DNA of 57,624 bases from an uncultured Chitinophagales bacterium (GCA_964429745.1 CAYSDI010000009.1:1-57624), one strand, 5' to 3'. Shown: positions 7,777 through 18,219, numbered from the stretch's first letter. Numbers and translations: made by a program. Notes: a model not told the origin generated them from the sequence alone.

Positions 7777-9327
7777 TCAGCGCTGAGTAAACACGGCGTA
7801 CGGAACGATGATTTCTTCCAGCGAAACGCCACCGTGCTGGAACGTGTCCCGAAAATAGTTCACATAATGGTTGAAGTTGTTCGGGTAGACAAAAAACAGG
7901 TCTTCCTTGGCAAAAATAAAGGTAGAAGAGACGTGTTGACGCGGCAATTTGGCTTCAGCCGGCTCCCGAACTTCCAGAACATCCCGTTCGCTGTATTGCA
8001 GGTTTTTGCCACTTTTATACCGAAGGTTGGTGGTGGTATTGCGGTCACCGACCACCTTAGAGGGTTGGCGCACCCGGATGGTTCCGTGGTCGGTAGTGAC
8101 AATGATGCGCACTTTTCGATCTTCCAGGCGCTTGAGGGCATCAAAAAGCGGAGAATGCTCAAACCAGGATTCTGTGAGGGACCGGTACGCACTTTCGTCG
8201 CTGGCCAATTCTTTCAGTACCTCCATTTCAGTGCGCGCATGGCTAAGCATGTCAACAAAATTGTATACGATTACATTTAGTGTATTATCTAGTCCGTGGA
8301 GGATTTCGTCGTGCAGGTTCCTGGCGGCCTGGTTGTTGACAATTTTCAGGTAGCTGGATCGGATGTTTAAGCGGTGTCGGGCCAGGTTGTCGGCAAGCAG
8401 CTCTTTTTCGAACATATTTTTGCCTCCTTCATCTTCATCGTTCAGCCAGAGTTTGGGAAGTTTCTTTTCGATCTCGGAAGGCATCAGGCCTGCGAACAAA
8501 GCATTTCGGCTGTACTGTGTCGCGGTGGGTAAAATGGAATAGAAGTAATCTTCCTCCACCATCCTGAAGTGTTTCTCCAGCATGGGCTGAATGATCCGGA
8601 ACTGGTCGTACCGAAGGTTGTCAATGACCAATAGGTACGTTGGGATGTCATCCAGTAGCGGGAAGAGTTTTTTCTCCAGCACATTGTGCGACATAACGGG
8701 TGCATCGGATTTGCTCCCGTGTTGAACCCAGTCCACGTAGTTTCGATCAATAAATTTGAAGAAAGCCACATTGGCTTCCTGCTTTTGCATACTGAGCACT
8801 TCTTTCATCTGGTCGGCGCGCGAACGGTCCAATTCCAGTTCCCAATAGACCAGGTTGCGGTACACGTCAGCCCAACCCGCAGCGTCCAAATCGCTGTGCA
8901 TGGAGCTGAAAATGCGCTGAAATTCCTGCTGGTAAGCCGAATTTGTTTTTTCCGTGACGAGCCGTTGATTATCCGTAATTTTTTTTATGGTCATCAAAAT
9001 CTGTTGCGGCTTAACCGGCTTGATCAGGTAGTCGGTGATCTGCGAACCGATGGCTTCCTCCATTAGATCTTCCGCTTCGTTTTTGGTGATCATCACCACG
9101 GGAAGATTGGGCCGCTTGGATTTAATGCCCGTCAACGTTTCCAGTCCGGACAAACCGGGCATGTTTTCATCCAGAAATACCAGATCAATCTCCGGTCTGT
9201 CCACGGCTTCCAGGGCGTCTTGCCCGTTGGTGACCGGAATAACGTCATAGCCTTTGTCGCGGAGGTATAACAATTGGGGTTTGAGCAAATCTATTTCGTC
9301 GTCTGCCCAAAGGATCGTAATCGGCAT
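7777..9327 (-). CDS. porX: PorX-type response regulator (receiver domain + PglZ/alkaline-phosphatase-like domain)
   Basis: The receiver domain reads ITILWADDEIDLL...VFLDENMPGLSG. It is followed by a ~350-aa PglZ-like domain (VVYNFVDMLSHA...TTDHGTIRV). The start is taken at MPITILW (9327). At 516 aa it matches the known size of PorX. Confidence 0.85.
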   Translation of the reverse strand: MPITILWADDEIDLLKPQLLYLRDKGYDVIPVTNGQDALEAVDRPEIDLVFLDENMPGLSGLETLTGIKSKRPNLPVVMITKNEAEDLMEEAIGSQITDYLIKPVKPQQILMTIKKITDNQRLVTEKTNSAYQQEFQRIFSSMHSDLDAAGWADVYRNLVYWELELDRSRADQMKEVLSMQKQEANVAFFKFIDRNYVDWVQHGSKSDAPVMSHNVLEKKLFPLLDDIPTYLLVIDNLRYDQFRIIQPMLEKHFRMVEEDYFYSILPTATQYSRNALFAGLMPSEIEKKLPKLWLNDEDEGGKNMFEKELLADNLARHRLNIRSSYLKIVNNQAARNLHDEILHGLDNTLNVIVYNFVDMLSHARTEMEVLKELASDESAYRSLTESWFEHSPLFDALKRLEDRKVRIIVTTDHGTIRVRQPSKVVGDRNTTTNLRYKSGKNLQYSERDVLEVREPAEAKLPRQHVSSTFIFAKEDLFFVYPNNFNHYVNYFRDTFQHGGVSLEEIIVPYAVFTQR

Positions 9328-9604
9328 GGTAAAGGGTGTTGATAAGTGGAATTTCCAAAAGCCTGATTCAGCGTTGTTGAGAACTTCCTTTAAAATTCCG
9401 CAATGTTTTCTGATCAATTCCTGATCTATTGTCTATCAGGTCGAAGGGCACCCGGCTCGTGGAGCGCATCTCAGGCAAACTAACGACGGATCCCCTTAGT
9501 TTTGTATGCCGCCTGGCAAACAGGACCTGCGGCGCTGCGATTAGGCCACGGGCCGCTCGCATAATGGATTAGGCGGAATCCCGCCGCGGCAAAACCCCTT
9601 CGCC

Positions 9605-10834
9605 TTGGCCTTTCAGAAAATCTTTAACGATCCGGTGTACGGATTCGTCTCCGTTGGATCAGAGCGGGTCTTTCGGTTGGTTGAGCACCGGTGGTTTCAG
9701 CGCCTGCGTCGCATCCAGCAGCTTGGATTGGGAAGCCTGGTCTACCCCGGTGCCATTCACACGCGTTTTCAGCACGCCTTGGGGGCTTTGCACCTCATGG
9801 ACAAGACGCTCGGCGTTTTGACGGCCAAAGGCCATTCGTTCACCGAGCAGGAGCGGGAAGGCGCCGCTGCAGCCATTTTGTTGCACGATATCGGGCATGG
9901 ACCTTTTAGCCACGCACTCGAGAAAACGCTCGTCCCTGGCTTGCATCACGAGGGCCTTTCGCTCGCCTTCATGCAAGCTTTGGAAGCGGAAATGGGCGAG
10001 CCGCTCACGACGGCCATGTCGATCTTCAACGGAAAACATCCCAAACGCTGCCTGCACGAACTGATTAACTCGCAACTGGACGTTGACCGCCTCGACTACC
10101 TGACCCGCGACACCTACTTTACAGGGGTTCATGAAGGCGTCATAGGCACCAACCGCATCGTAGACATGCTGGATTTGGCCCCGGACGGCGGCTTGGTGGT
10201 GGAGGCTAAGGGTATTTACTCCATTGAAAAGTTTATTGTAGCCCGGCGCATCATGTATTGGCAGGTTTACCTGCACAAAACTGTGCTTTGTGCGGAGCAG
10301 ATGTTGGTCCGCGCGCTGGCGAGGGCCCGGGAACTGACGCTGGCGGGACAAGTGCTCTTTGCCTCACCGCCGCTTTTGTGGATGCTGCAACAACCTCCGG
10401 CGAAGGTGGCGATTGCGGACCGCGACTTCCTGGAAATCTTCGCCCAATTGGACGATAGCGACATCTGGTCTGCGCTCAAGGTCTGGAGCCGATCTTCCGA
10501 CAAGGTTTTAGCGTTGCTGGCAACCGCACTCGTGGATCGTCGGTTGTTTGGCATTGTGATGCAGAATGAGCCGTTTGAGGCCCAAAGGCTGGCGGATTTG
10601 CAGGCGGCCGCACAGCGAAACTGGAGCCTTTCGCCCGAGGAAGCAGGCTACCTGGTTTTTGACGACAAGACGGCGAATTCTGCCTACAACCGCCAATTGA
10701 AAAACATCCGGATACGCTACAAAGACGGCACAATTTTGGACCTTGGCCAGGCTACCGACGAGCTGAACATGTCCTTTCTGGCCGATCCGGTGGTAAAACA
10801 CTATCTTTGCTATCCGAAGAATCTGAGAGCTTAG
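9605..10834 (+). CDS. HD-domain phosphohydrolase (SAMHD1/dGTPase-like fold)
   Basis: 409 aa with a TTG start. Contains IFNDPVYGFV, RFQHALGALH, LLHDIGHGPFSH and DVDRLDYLTRD. Confidence 0.8.
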   Translation: MAFQKIFNDPVYGFVSVGSERVFRLVEHRWFQRLRRIQQLGLGSLVYPGAIHTRFQHALGALHLMDKTLGVLTAKGHSFTEQEREGAAAAILLHDIGHGPFSHALEKTLVPGLHHEGLSLAFMQALEAEMGEPLTTAMSIFNGKHPKRCLHELINSQLDVDRLDYLTRDTYFTGVHEGVIGTNRIVDMLDLAPDGGLVVEAKGIYSIEKFIVARRIMYWQVYLHKTVLCAEQMLVRALARARELTLAGQVLFASPPLLWMLQQPPAKVAIADRDFLEIFAQLDDSDIWSALKVWSRSSDKVLALLATALVDRRLFGIVMQNEPFEAQRLADLQAAAQRNWSLSPEEAGYLVFDDKTANSAYNRQLKNIRIRYKDGTILDLGQATDELNMSFLADPVVKHYLCYPKNLRA

Positions 10835-10932
10835 CTTAATGTGTAAATAGCTATTTATCATTGCTTTGTCTTGAATTCGCGCGCTCTTGAAGCCACCCCT
10901 GGGGGAGGTTTAGGCAAAAATTAAGCTGTGAA

Positions 10933-11997
10933 ATGCCCATTCGCGCAGGTGAACTGGCCCAATGGCTCGGGGCTGAATTGAGCGGAGACCCTCAAGTGGT
11001 CATTGAGCGGGCTTCGCGCATTGAGGAGGCGGAGTCCGGGTCAATCAGTTTTGTCGCCAATCCCAAGTACCGGAGTTTTGCCCGGGACACCCGGGCTTCC
11101 GCCCTGGTTATCGGCTTTGACTTGGACACAACCGACCTGGCTTGCCCTGTTTTGATCCGGGTAACGGACCCCTACGCCAGCTTTGCCAGGGTGCTGGAGC
11201 GTTTGTCAGAAGGCCAGCGCAAGCCCCGCGAGGGCATTTCGCCGCAAGCCTGGGTGCATGCTGATGCTTCGCTCGCTGCCGATGCCTGGATCGGACCATT
11301 TGCCAGCATTGATGCCGGCAGTAGGCTGGGCGAAGGGGTTCAGGTTCATCCCGCCGTTTGCATTGGTCGCAACGTGCGCATAGGGGAACGCAGCATTTTG
11401 CACCCTGGCGTAGTGGTGTACGACCATTGCGAAATCGGTGCGGACTGCGTGATCCACGCTGGTGCCGTTATCGGTTCTGATGGTTTTGGTTTCGCTCCGC
11501 AGCCCGATGGCAGTTTTCGCAAGATTCCTCAATTGGGCAATGTGCGGCTGGAATCGCACGTGGAAATTGGGGCCAACACCACCATCGACCGGGCCACGAT
11601 GGGCTCAACCCTCATCAAAAGCGGCGCGAAAATTGATAACCTCGTGCAACTGGCGCACAACGTGGAAGTGGGGGAGTACAGCGTACTCGCCGCGCAGAGT
11701 GGGGTGTCGGGAAGCACCAAAATCGGCCGGGGCGTCCAGGTGGGAGGCCAGGCTGGTCTCGTGGGGCATATTCACATTGCAGACGGCACCCGCATTAATG
11801 CACAAAGCGGAGTTAACCGGGCAGTCACCGAGCCCGGAACGGCCCTGACCGGTTCGCCCGCGGGACCTTACCGAAGCGAATTGAAAGCCCAGGTGGTGTA
11901 CCGAACCCTGCCGGAAATGGAGGCACGCCTTCGCGCGTTAGAGGCGCAGGTGTTGCTAATGACCCAAGATCAACAACCTACCCAGCAAGAATCCTAA
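10933..11997 (+). CDS. lpxD: UDP-3-O-acylglucosamine N-acyltransferase
   Basis: 354 aa. It has the LpxD N-terminal domain followed by long hexapeptide (left-handed beta-helix) repeats, and sits in a lipid A operon context. Confidence 0.9.
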   Translation: MPIRAGELAQWLGAELSGDPQVVIERASRIEEAESGSISFVANPKYRSFARDTRASALVIGFDLDTTDLACPVLIRVTDPYASFARVLERLSEGQRKPREGISPQAWVHADASLAADAWIGPFASIDAGSRLGEGVQVHPAVCIGRNVRIGERSILHPGVVVYDHCEIGADCVIHAGAVIGSDGFGFAPQPDGSFRKIPQLGNVRLESHVEIGANTTIDRATMGSTLIKSGAKIDNLVQLAHNVEVGEYSVLAAQSGVSGSTKIGRGVQVGGQAGLVGHIHIADGTRINAQSGVNRAVTEPGTALTGSPAGPYRSELKAQVVYRTLPEMEARLRALEAQVLLMTQDQQPTQQES

Positions 11998-12004
11998 GCA
12001 GCTT

Positions 12005-13408
12005 ATGGCGGACATGCAGCACACCCTTTCGAGGAGCATCACGGTTAAAGGCACCGGATTGCACACCGGTAAACCGGTTGCGATGAAACTTCTTCCAGCT
12101 GCCGTTAACCAGGGCATTCGCTTCAAGCGAACTGACCTGGAGGGCAAGCCGGAAATGAAAGCAGACGTTGACTACGTGGTTGACGTTTCCAGGGGTACGA
12201 CCCTGGAGCACAAAGGCGCCCGGGTAGCCACCGTGGAGCATTTGATGGCTGCCCTGGCGGGTTTAGGCGTGGACAACGCAATGGTGGAGTTAACGGCAGA
12301 AGAAGTACCCATCATGGACGGCAGCTCGGCGCCCTTTATCCGCCTGATCCGCAAAGCCGGACTCACCGAGCAGGATCAGCCTCGCGATTACTTCGTATTG
12401 GATAAAACTATCTATTATCACGACCCAGATCGAAAGGTGGAAATTATTGGTTCACCTTCAGCGGATTTCCAGGTGGCTTGTATGATCGATTTTGAATCGC
12501 CGGCATTGGGCCAGCAGCACGCCCAATTAGAACATATCAGTCAATTTCCGGATTCCTTTGCCGATGCGCGTACCTTTTGTTTTCTGCACGAATTGGAGCA
12601 GTTGTACGAAGCCAAGCTGATTCGTGGCGGCGATTTGAACAACGCCATCGTGGTGGTGGATCGCCAGGTAAAACCCGACGAACTGGAGCGGCTTCGCATC
12701 ATGTTCAACAAGAAAAACGTGACGGTGCGGCACAATGGCATCCTGAACGACAAAAAACTGCGCTACAGCAACGAACCCGCCCGCCACAAATTATTGGATG
12801 TGATTGGCGACCTGGCTTTGGCAGGGAAACCCATCAAGGGTAAGATTATTGCCACCCGGCCGGGACACGCCGCCAACGTGGCCTTTGCGCGCAAAATCCG
12901 CGAGCTGATTCGCGAGAGCAAATTCAAAGTGGAGGTTCCGGTTTACGACCCGAACAAGCCACCAGTCTACGACATCAACCAGATCCTGGGGCTGCTACCG
13001 CACCGCTTTCCCATTTTGCTCGTGGACAAGATCATTTTCATGGACGAAAAGACCGTGGTGGGCATCAAGAACGTGACGATGAACGAGCACTTCTTTCAGG
13101 GGCATTTCCCCGGACATCCTATCATGCCAGGCGTGTTGCAGATTGAAGCGCTGGCGCAGACCGGCGGTATTCTGGTCATGAACCAGTACCCCGATCCGGA
13201 GAATTACGAAACGCTTTTTCTGCGCATTGAAAAAGCGCGCTTCAAACGCCCTGTGGTGCCCGGCGACACGCTGATCATGAAAATGGAATTGCTCCGGCCC
13301 ATTCGACGCGGCATCTGCGAAATGCAGGCTACCGCTTTTGTTGGCGACCAGGTGGTCACTGAAGGAGAGCTGGTTGCCCAGGTTCGCAAAAAACCAGGCC
13401 TCGAATGA
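12005..13408 (+). CDS. lpxC: Bifunctional UDP-3-O-acyl-GlcNAc deacetylase / 3-hydroxyacyl-ACP dehydratase
   Basis: 467 aa. The N-terminal part is LpxC ([33 protein letters not shown]). The C-terminal part is FabZ ([29 protein letters not shown]). This fusion is typical of Bacteroidota. Confidence 0.95.
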   Translation: MADMQHTLSRSITVKGTGLHTGKPVAMKLLPAAVNQGIRFKRTDLEGKPEMKADVDYVVDVSRGTTLEHKGARVATVEHLMAALAGLGVDNAMVELTAEEVPIMDGSSAPFIRLIRKAGLTEQDQPRDYFVLDKTIYYHDPDRKVEIIGSPSADFQVACMIDFESPALGQQHAQLEHISQFPDSFADARTFCFLHELEQLYEAKLIRGGDLNNAIVVVDRQVKPDELERLRIMFNKKNVTVRHNGILNDKKLRYSNEPARHKLLDVIGDLALAGKPIKGKIIATRPGHAANVAFARKIRELIRESKFKVEVPVYDPNKPPVYDINQILGLLPHRFPILLVDKIIFMDEKTVVGIKNVTMNEHFFQGHFPGHPIMPGVLQIEALAQTGGILVMNQYPDPENYETLFLRIEKARFKRPVVPGDTLIMKMELLRPIRRGICEMQATAFVGDQVVTEGELVAQVRKKPGLE

Positions 13409-14202
13409 ACCAGCCATTGGCCTACATACACCCGGATGCCCGCATTGCGGACAACGTGGTCATCGAGCCTTTTGTAACCATAACAAAAGATGTGGTTATA
13501 GGCCGCGGTACTTGGATCGGACCGAACGTGACGATCATGGAGGGTGCGCGCATCGGCGAGAATTGTCGAATTTTTCCGGGTTCCGTCATTTCCGCCATTC
13601 CCCAGGACTTAAAATACGCGGGCGAAAGGACGGAGGTCCTCATCGGCAACAACACCACCATCCGCGAGTGCGTGACCATCAACCGGGGCACCCAGGCTAA
13701 CAACCGTACCTCCATCGGCGACAATTGCCTGCTCATGGCCTATGTGCATGTAGCGCACGATTGCATCATCGGCAACCATTGCATCCTGGCCAACGCTACT
13801 ACGCTGGCCGGACACATCGAAATTGAAGACCACGCCATTATCGGCGGCATGAGCGCCATCCACCAATTCGTTAAAATTGGGCCCTATGCCTTTATTTCCG
13901 GGGGCTCTTTGGTGGGAAAAGACGTGCCGCCGTTCACGAAGGCTGCGCGCTATCCGCTAAGTTATGTCGGGGTCAATTCGGTGGGCCTGCGCCGGAAGGG
14001 CTTCAGTTCGGAGACCATCAACCACATCCTGGACATCTACAGGATTTTGTATGTTCGAGGTCACAACGTTTCGCGAGCGCTGGACATCATTGATACGGAA
14101 ATTCAGGCTTCGCCAGAAAAGGACCAAATTCTTGACTTTGTGCGGCGCTCTGTGCGGGGCGTCATGAAGGGCTTCATGCACCGCAATGAGAGTAGAAGCT
14201 AA
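13405..14202 (+). CDS. lpxA: Acyl-ACP--UDP-GlcNAc O-acyltransferase
   Basis: 265 aa with hexapeptide repeats and the LpxA C-terminal helical domain. It overlaps the lpxC-fabZ stop in an ATGA arrangement. Confidence 0.9.
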   Translation: MNQPLAYIHPDARIADNVVIEPFVTITKDVVIGRGTWIGPNVTIMEGARIGENCRIFPGSVISAIPQDLKYAGERTEVLIGNNTTIRECVTINRGTQANNRTSIGDNCLLMAYVHVAHDCIIGNHCILANATTLAGHIEIEDHAIIGGMSAIHQFVKIGPYAFISGGSLVGKDVPPFTKAARYPLSYVGVNSVGLRRKGFSSETINHILDIYRILYVRGHNVSRALDIIDTEIQASPEKDQILDFVRRSVRGVMKGFMHRNESRS

Positions 14203-14800
14203 GGAACTGGCCAAGCGCTACCGCCGAACCTGGGTGCTCCGCAACCTGGAGTTCAACTTGGATTCCGGGCAGCGCTGGGCCCTTACCGGTGCCAACGGCA
14301 GTGGAAAAAGTACACTGCTGCGCATGCTTGCGGCAGCCCTTCGCCCGACATTGGGAAGCTTGCGCTGGTTGGACCACGAAAAGGAGATTCCGGTTGACCA
14401 GGTCTATGCGCGGATCAGCCTGGCGGCCCCTTACCTGGAATTGATTGAGCCGTTCACGCTGCGGGAACACCTGCATTTTCACGGCCAGTTGAGGCCCTGG
14501 TTGGCGGGTTGGGATGCCGGGCTTATTCTGGCGGATACCGGGCTGGAGCGCCATGCGGACAAAGCGTTGCGCGATTTTTCTTCCGGGATGCGGCAACGAG
14601 TGCGCTTGGCGCTTGCGTTCTACAGCCAGTCAGAGATGCTGCTTTTGGACGAGCCAACCAGCAATTTAGATGCAGCCGGTAAAGCGTGGTTCCAACAATC
14701 GCTGGAACGTTGTGCCGGCGGCAGACTGGTAGTCATCGCGTCGAATTTAGAAGAAGAAACGGTTACCTGCACCCATCGGCTGCACCTTGATCGGGCGTAA
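14186..14800 (+). CDS. Orphan ABC-type ATPase (short, CcmA-sized)
   Basis: 204 aa. Walker A is GANGSGKST, the signature is the variant FSSGMRQR, and Walker B is [11 protein letters not shown]. No permease gene is adjacent. It overlaps the lpxA 3' end by 17 nt. Confidence 0.75.
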   Translation: MRVEAKELAKRYRRTWVLRNLEFNLDSGQRWALTGANGSGKSTLLRMLAAALRPTLGSLRWLDHEKEIPVDQVYARISLAAPYLELIEPFTLREHLHFHGQLRPWLAGWDAGLILADTGLERHADKALRDFSSGMRQRVRLALAFYSQSEMLLLDEPTSNLDAAGKAWFQQSLERCAGGRLVVIASNLEEETVTCTHRLHLDRA

Positions 14801-14864
14801 ACAAAACAGGGTTAACGCCAATGCTTAGGCCAGGACAGCCAGTCCTAATGATCCTGACGAGCCC

Positions 14865-16106
14865 TTAAAAATCGGCGAGCGTGCGGTCGATGATGTCCAC
14901 GCATTCAAGGATTTGCTCTTCGTTGATAACCAGCGGCGGAGCAAAACGGATGATGTTGCCGTGGGTAGGCTTGGCCAGTAACCCGCGGTCTCGCAGGCCA
15001 AGGCAAATGTTCCAGGCTACGTGACCCTCCGGATTGTCGTTAATGACCAGCGCATTCAACAAGCCCTTGCCTCGAATCTGTTGGGCAATAGGGTGACGGT
15101 CTACCACCGCGGCCATGGCTTTGCGGAAAATACGGCCCAATTTCTCTGCGTTTTCGGCCAATTTTTCGTCGCGAACCACTTCCAGTGCGGCGATAGCCAC
15201 CCGGCAGGCGAGCGGATTACCGCCAAAAGTTGAGCCGTGCTCACCTGGCCGGATGCAAAGCATGATCGGGTCGTCGGCCAGCACCGCAGAAACGGGCAGC
15301 ACACCACCAGAAAGGGCTTTTCCAAGGATCAAAATATCCGGGCGCACCCCTTCGTGGTTGCAGGCCAGCAGCTTTCCGGTGCGGCCAATGCCGGTCTGGA
15401 CCTCATCGGCGATGAACAGCACATTGTTCTTCTTGCACAGGGCATAAGCCTTGGCGAGGTACCCCTCGTCGGGAACCACGACACCAGCTTCGCCCTGTAT
15501 GGGTTCCACCATAAAACCTGCTACGTTGGGATTGCGCAGGGCTTCTTCCAGCGCTTTCAGGTCATTGTAGGGAATGCAGGTAAAGCCGGGCATGTAGGGC
15601 CCAAAGCCACGGAAACTGGAAGGGTCCGTTGAACTGGAGATAGCCGCCAGGGTCCTTCCCCAAAAATTGCCTTCTACAAAGAGGATCACGGCTTCATTTT
15701 CCTCGATACCCTTGACCTGGTAGGCCCATTTGCGGCAGAGTTTCACGGCCGTTTCACCACCTTCTACCCCGGTATTCATGGGTAGAACTTTATCGTATCC
15801 GAAGTATTCGGTTATAAATTGTTCGTACGGGCCTAGACTGTCGTTGTAGAAAGCGCGCGAAGAAAGCGTCAATCGCTCGGCCTGATCCACGAGGGCGGCG
15901 GTAATACGCGGGTGGCAATGGCCCTGGTTGACCGCGGAATATGCGGCCAGAAAATCAAAATAGCGCTTGCCCTCAACGTCCCAGACAAACACACCTTCAC
16001 CGCGTTGCAGCACAACGGGCAACGGGTGGTAATTGTGCGCTCCGTACTGGTCTTCGAGCGCGATGTAATCGGTGGAGGTGAAAGTTTTATTAAGCATAGC
16101 CGGCAT
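14865..16106 (-). CDS. rocD: Ornithine--oxo-acid aminotransferase
   Basis: Class-III aminotransferase with [25 protein letters not shown] and LGKALSGG. The start is taken at an internal ATG (16106; 16097 is also possible) rather than the track start at 16172. Confidence 0.9.
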   Translation of the reverse strand: MPAMLNKTFTSTDYIALEDQYGAHNYHPLPVVLQRGEGVFVWDVEGKRYFDFLAAYSAVNQGHCHPRITAALVDQAERLTLSSRAFYNDSLGPYEQFITEYFGYDKVLPMNTGVEGGETAVKLCRKWAYQVKGIEENEAVILFVEGNFWGRTLAAISSSTDPSSFRGFGPYMPGFTCIPYNDLKALEEALRNPNVAGFMVEPIQGEAGVVVPDEGYLAKAYALCKKNNVLFIADEVQTGIGRTGKLLACNHEGVRPDILILGKALSGGVLPVSAVLADDPIMLCIRPGEHGSTFGGNPLACRVAIAALEVVRDEKLAENAEKLGRIFRKAMAAVVDRHPIAQQIRGKGLLNALVINDNPEGHVAWNICLGLRDRGLLAKPTHGNIIRFAPPLVINEEQILECVDIIDRTLADF

Positions 16107-16217
16107 CGTTAACCTGAGATAGTGCGCTAAAGTTCGGTTATTTCGGGCGAAACGCCACTTGTTTGTCGGCAACAGCGCTGCTTTATGTCTTCCTTCCCGG
16201 GTATCTGAAGGTCTGTT

Positions 16218-16697
16218 TTAGCGGGACAGCAAGTGCCCGTCAAAGCACCAGGGCAAGAGGGTTGCCGCCGATGCAAGAACGCCCACCTGGCCGCGCACAT
16301 TGGTTAAAACGACGCTGAGCGGATGGCCAGACCGCGTTTCGGTCTCCAACATAACCTGCCGGCAGCCGCCACAGGGCGATACCCAGCCTTCGTCCAATTT
16401 ATCAGCAACCACGGCGATGGCAACCGCCGGAATGCCTGGATGGTGAGCGCCTGCCGCAAAGAGCGCCACGCGCTCCGCGCAAAGACCTTCGGGAAACGAG
16501 GCGTTCTCCTGGTTAGATCCTCGCACAATCGCCCCGTTTTCCAGCAGGACTGCGGCCCCGACCCGAAAGTGGGAGTAAGGAGCATAAGCACTTTCCATGG
16601 CCATTTTTGCCTCTTGCAACAAAGCATTTAAAGCGGTTGGTGCCTGGTCTGCTGACTCGTAGACCTGCAACCGCAGTTCAAGCGTTACTTCCATCAT
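16218..16697 (-). CDS. cdd: Cytidine deaminase
   Basis: Zinc motifs CAERVALFAA and PCGGCRQVM, plus YAPYSHFRVGAAVL. The start is probably M10/M11 of the track ORF (16697/16694). Confidence 0.85.
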   Translation of the reverse strand: MMEVTLELRLQVYESADQAPTALNALLQEAKMAMESAYAPYSHFRVGAAVLLENGAIVRGSNQENASFPEGLCAERVALFAAGAHHPGIPAVAIAVVADKLDEGWVSPCGGCRQVMLETETRSGHPLSVVLTNVRGQVGVLASAATLLPWCFDGHLLSR

Positions 16698-16736
16698 CCT
16701 GCAAAGGACTATATTCGCGCGCAAATCCCCGGAGGC

Positions 16737-18080
16737 ATGAAAAACATTCTACTCGTCGGTGCTGGCAAATCAGCCACCGTGCTGATCAGCTACCTACTGG
16801 AGCATGCCAGCAAGGCAAACTGGACGCTGACGGTCGGGGATTTAGACGTGCAAACCGCCCAAACCAAATTGCACGGGCACGCGCGGGGCGCAGCAGAGTT
16901 TTTCGACGTGCAGCAACCGGAACTGCGCCGCCAAGCAGTGCAAAAAGCCGACCTGGTTATTTCCATGTTGCCCGCCCACCTTCATCTGCCTTTGTTGCAG
17001 GACTGTTTGGCAGAGAGGGTCCATTTTCTATCGGCTTCCTATGTCAGCGATGAAATTCGCCTTTTGGCTGACGAAGCCAAAAAGGCAGGGATTCTGGTGT
17101 TAAAAGAGTGCGGATTGGACCCGGGCATAGACCACATGTCAGCCATGGCTAAGCTGGACGAACTTCGCGGTTCAGGGGCCAAAATTCTGGAGTTTGAGAC
17201 CTTTACAGGCGGTCTGGTAGCGCCGGGATATGAGCACAATCCGTGGCAGTACAAATTCACCTGGAACCCCCGGAACGTGGTGTTGGCCGGGCAGGGAGTC
17301 GTCAAATTCCGTCACAACGGACAGTATAAGTACATCCCGTATCACCGACTTTTTCAGCGTTACGAGACCCTTCAAGTTCCTGATTTTGGCTCTTTCGAAG
17401 GCTATCCAAACCGCGACAGCCTCAAGTATGCCGAAGCCTACGGCCTCCAGGATGTGGCCACCCTGTACCGCGGCACGCTGCGCCGCCCCGGGTTTTGCAA
17501 GGCCTGGGACGTCTTTGTGCAACTCGGCATGACCGATGATAGCTACGAAATGGAGGGCATTGAGCACATGACCTACCGCGAATTCACCAATTCCTTTCTC
17601 TGGTGGGACCCGCTGCAATCGGCAGAACTCAAGTTGGCCGCTTACCTCAAGATGGACTACCAGAACGAGATGATGGAGAAGATCGCTTGGCTGGGTCTGT
17701 TTGATAAGCGCCCTATTGGACTCAAAAAAGCTACGCCGGCGCAAGTGCTCCAGAAAATTCTGGAGGAGAAATGGGTGCTGGAGCCTGATGATCGGGACAT
17801 GATCGTGATGCTACACAAGTACGTATACGAATTAGAAGGAAAAACAGAGCGCGTGCAGTCCTCGATGGTGGTTCTTGGGGATGATCGCGAGCGCACCGCC
17901 ATGGCCAAGACGGTAGGTTTGCCGCTTGGCATTGCCGCGCGGCTGGTGTTGGAGGGCAAACTGTCGCTAACCGGACTGGTTATTCCCACGGTGGCCCAGA
18001 TTTACGAACCGCTGCTCCGCGAACTCACGGACTTTGGGGTCATTTTTGAGGAGCATGACCTCCCGCAAAACGCCAGCTAG
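16737..18080 (+). CDS. Saccharopine dehydrogenase family oxidoreductase
   Basis: 447 aa. N-terminal Rossmann motif ILLVGAGKSATV, plus the ECGLDPGIDHM motif typical of saccharopine dehydrogenases/reductases. Confidence 0.8.
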   Translation: MKNILLVGAGKSATVLISYLLEHASKANWTLTVGDLDVQTAQTKLHGHARGAAEFFDVQQPELRRQAVQKADLVISMLPAHLHLPLLQDCLAERVHFLSASYVSDEIRLLADEAKKAGILVLKECGLDPGIDHMSAMAKLDELRGSGAKILEFETFTGGLVAPGYEHNPWQYKFTWNPRNVVLAGQGVVKFRHNGQYKYIPYHRLFQRYETLQVPDFGSFEGYPNRDSLKYAEAYGLQDVATLYRGTLRRPGFCKAWDVFVQLGMTDDSYEMEGIEHMTYREFTNSFLWWDPLQSAELKLAAYLKMDYQNEMMEKIAWLGLFDKRPIGLKKATPAQVLQKILEEKWVLEPDDRDMIVMLHKYVYELEGKTERVQSSMVVLGDDRERTAMAKTVGLPLGIAARLVLEGKLSLTGLVIPTVAQIYEPLLRELTDFGVIFEEHDLPQNAS

Positions 18081-18219
18081 TTTTTAGGGTACTCCTAAAA
18101 ACCCCAGATCCTGCGTTACGCATAATTTTTAACAGCCTCATTTACAGGAGTAAACTCCGGTGTTAAAAATTGTGCAAGCCTTGTCTCTGGCGTTTTTAAA
18201 AGTATCCTTTAGAAACGCC
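18080..18219. repeat. MITE/REP-like palindromic element, copy A
   Basis: There is no ORF. The 36-nt core 18136-18171 is identical to the reverse complement of 54012-54047. The flanking arms are also homologous to copy C and to 27681-27730. The ends are imperfect terminal inverted repeats, GGTACTCCTAAAAAC and GTTTTTAAAAGTATCC. Confidence 0.75.

Noticed and set aside
7777-9327. The PglZ domain could suggest a BREX/PGL phage-defence gene.
   Set aside because: The PglZ-like domain is fused to an N-terminal receiver domain. The protein has the size and architecture of PorX, the T9SS response regulator. No pglX/brxA/B/C/L-like genes are nearby, and the neighbours are tsaE, ald and an HD protein.
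9418-9604. The divergent porX/HD intergenic region, with small hairpins (CCTGAT...ATCAGG, GGCGG-aatc-CCGCC), could hold a tRNA or small RNA.
   Set aside because: There is no cloverleaf, no T-loop consensus (GTTCGAATC-like) and no anticodon-arm geometry. The stems are short and unsupported, so it is most simply a pair of divergent promoters. No tRNA or rRNA signature was seen anywhere in the window.
9605-10834. The HD-domain SAMHD1/dGTPase-like protein could be an antiphage dNTP-depletion enzyme.
   Set aside because: It sits directly upstream of the lipid A operon in a fully housekeeping context, with no mobile or defence neighbours. The sequence gives no indication beyond a generic HD phosphohydrolase.
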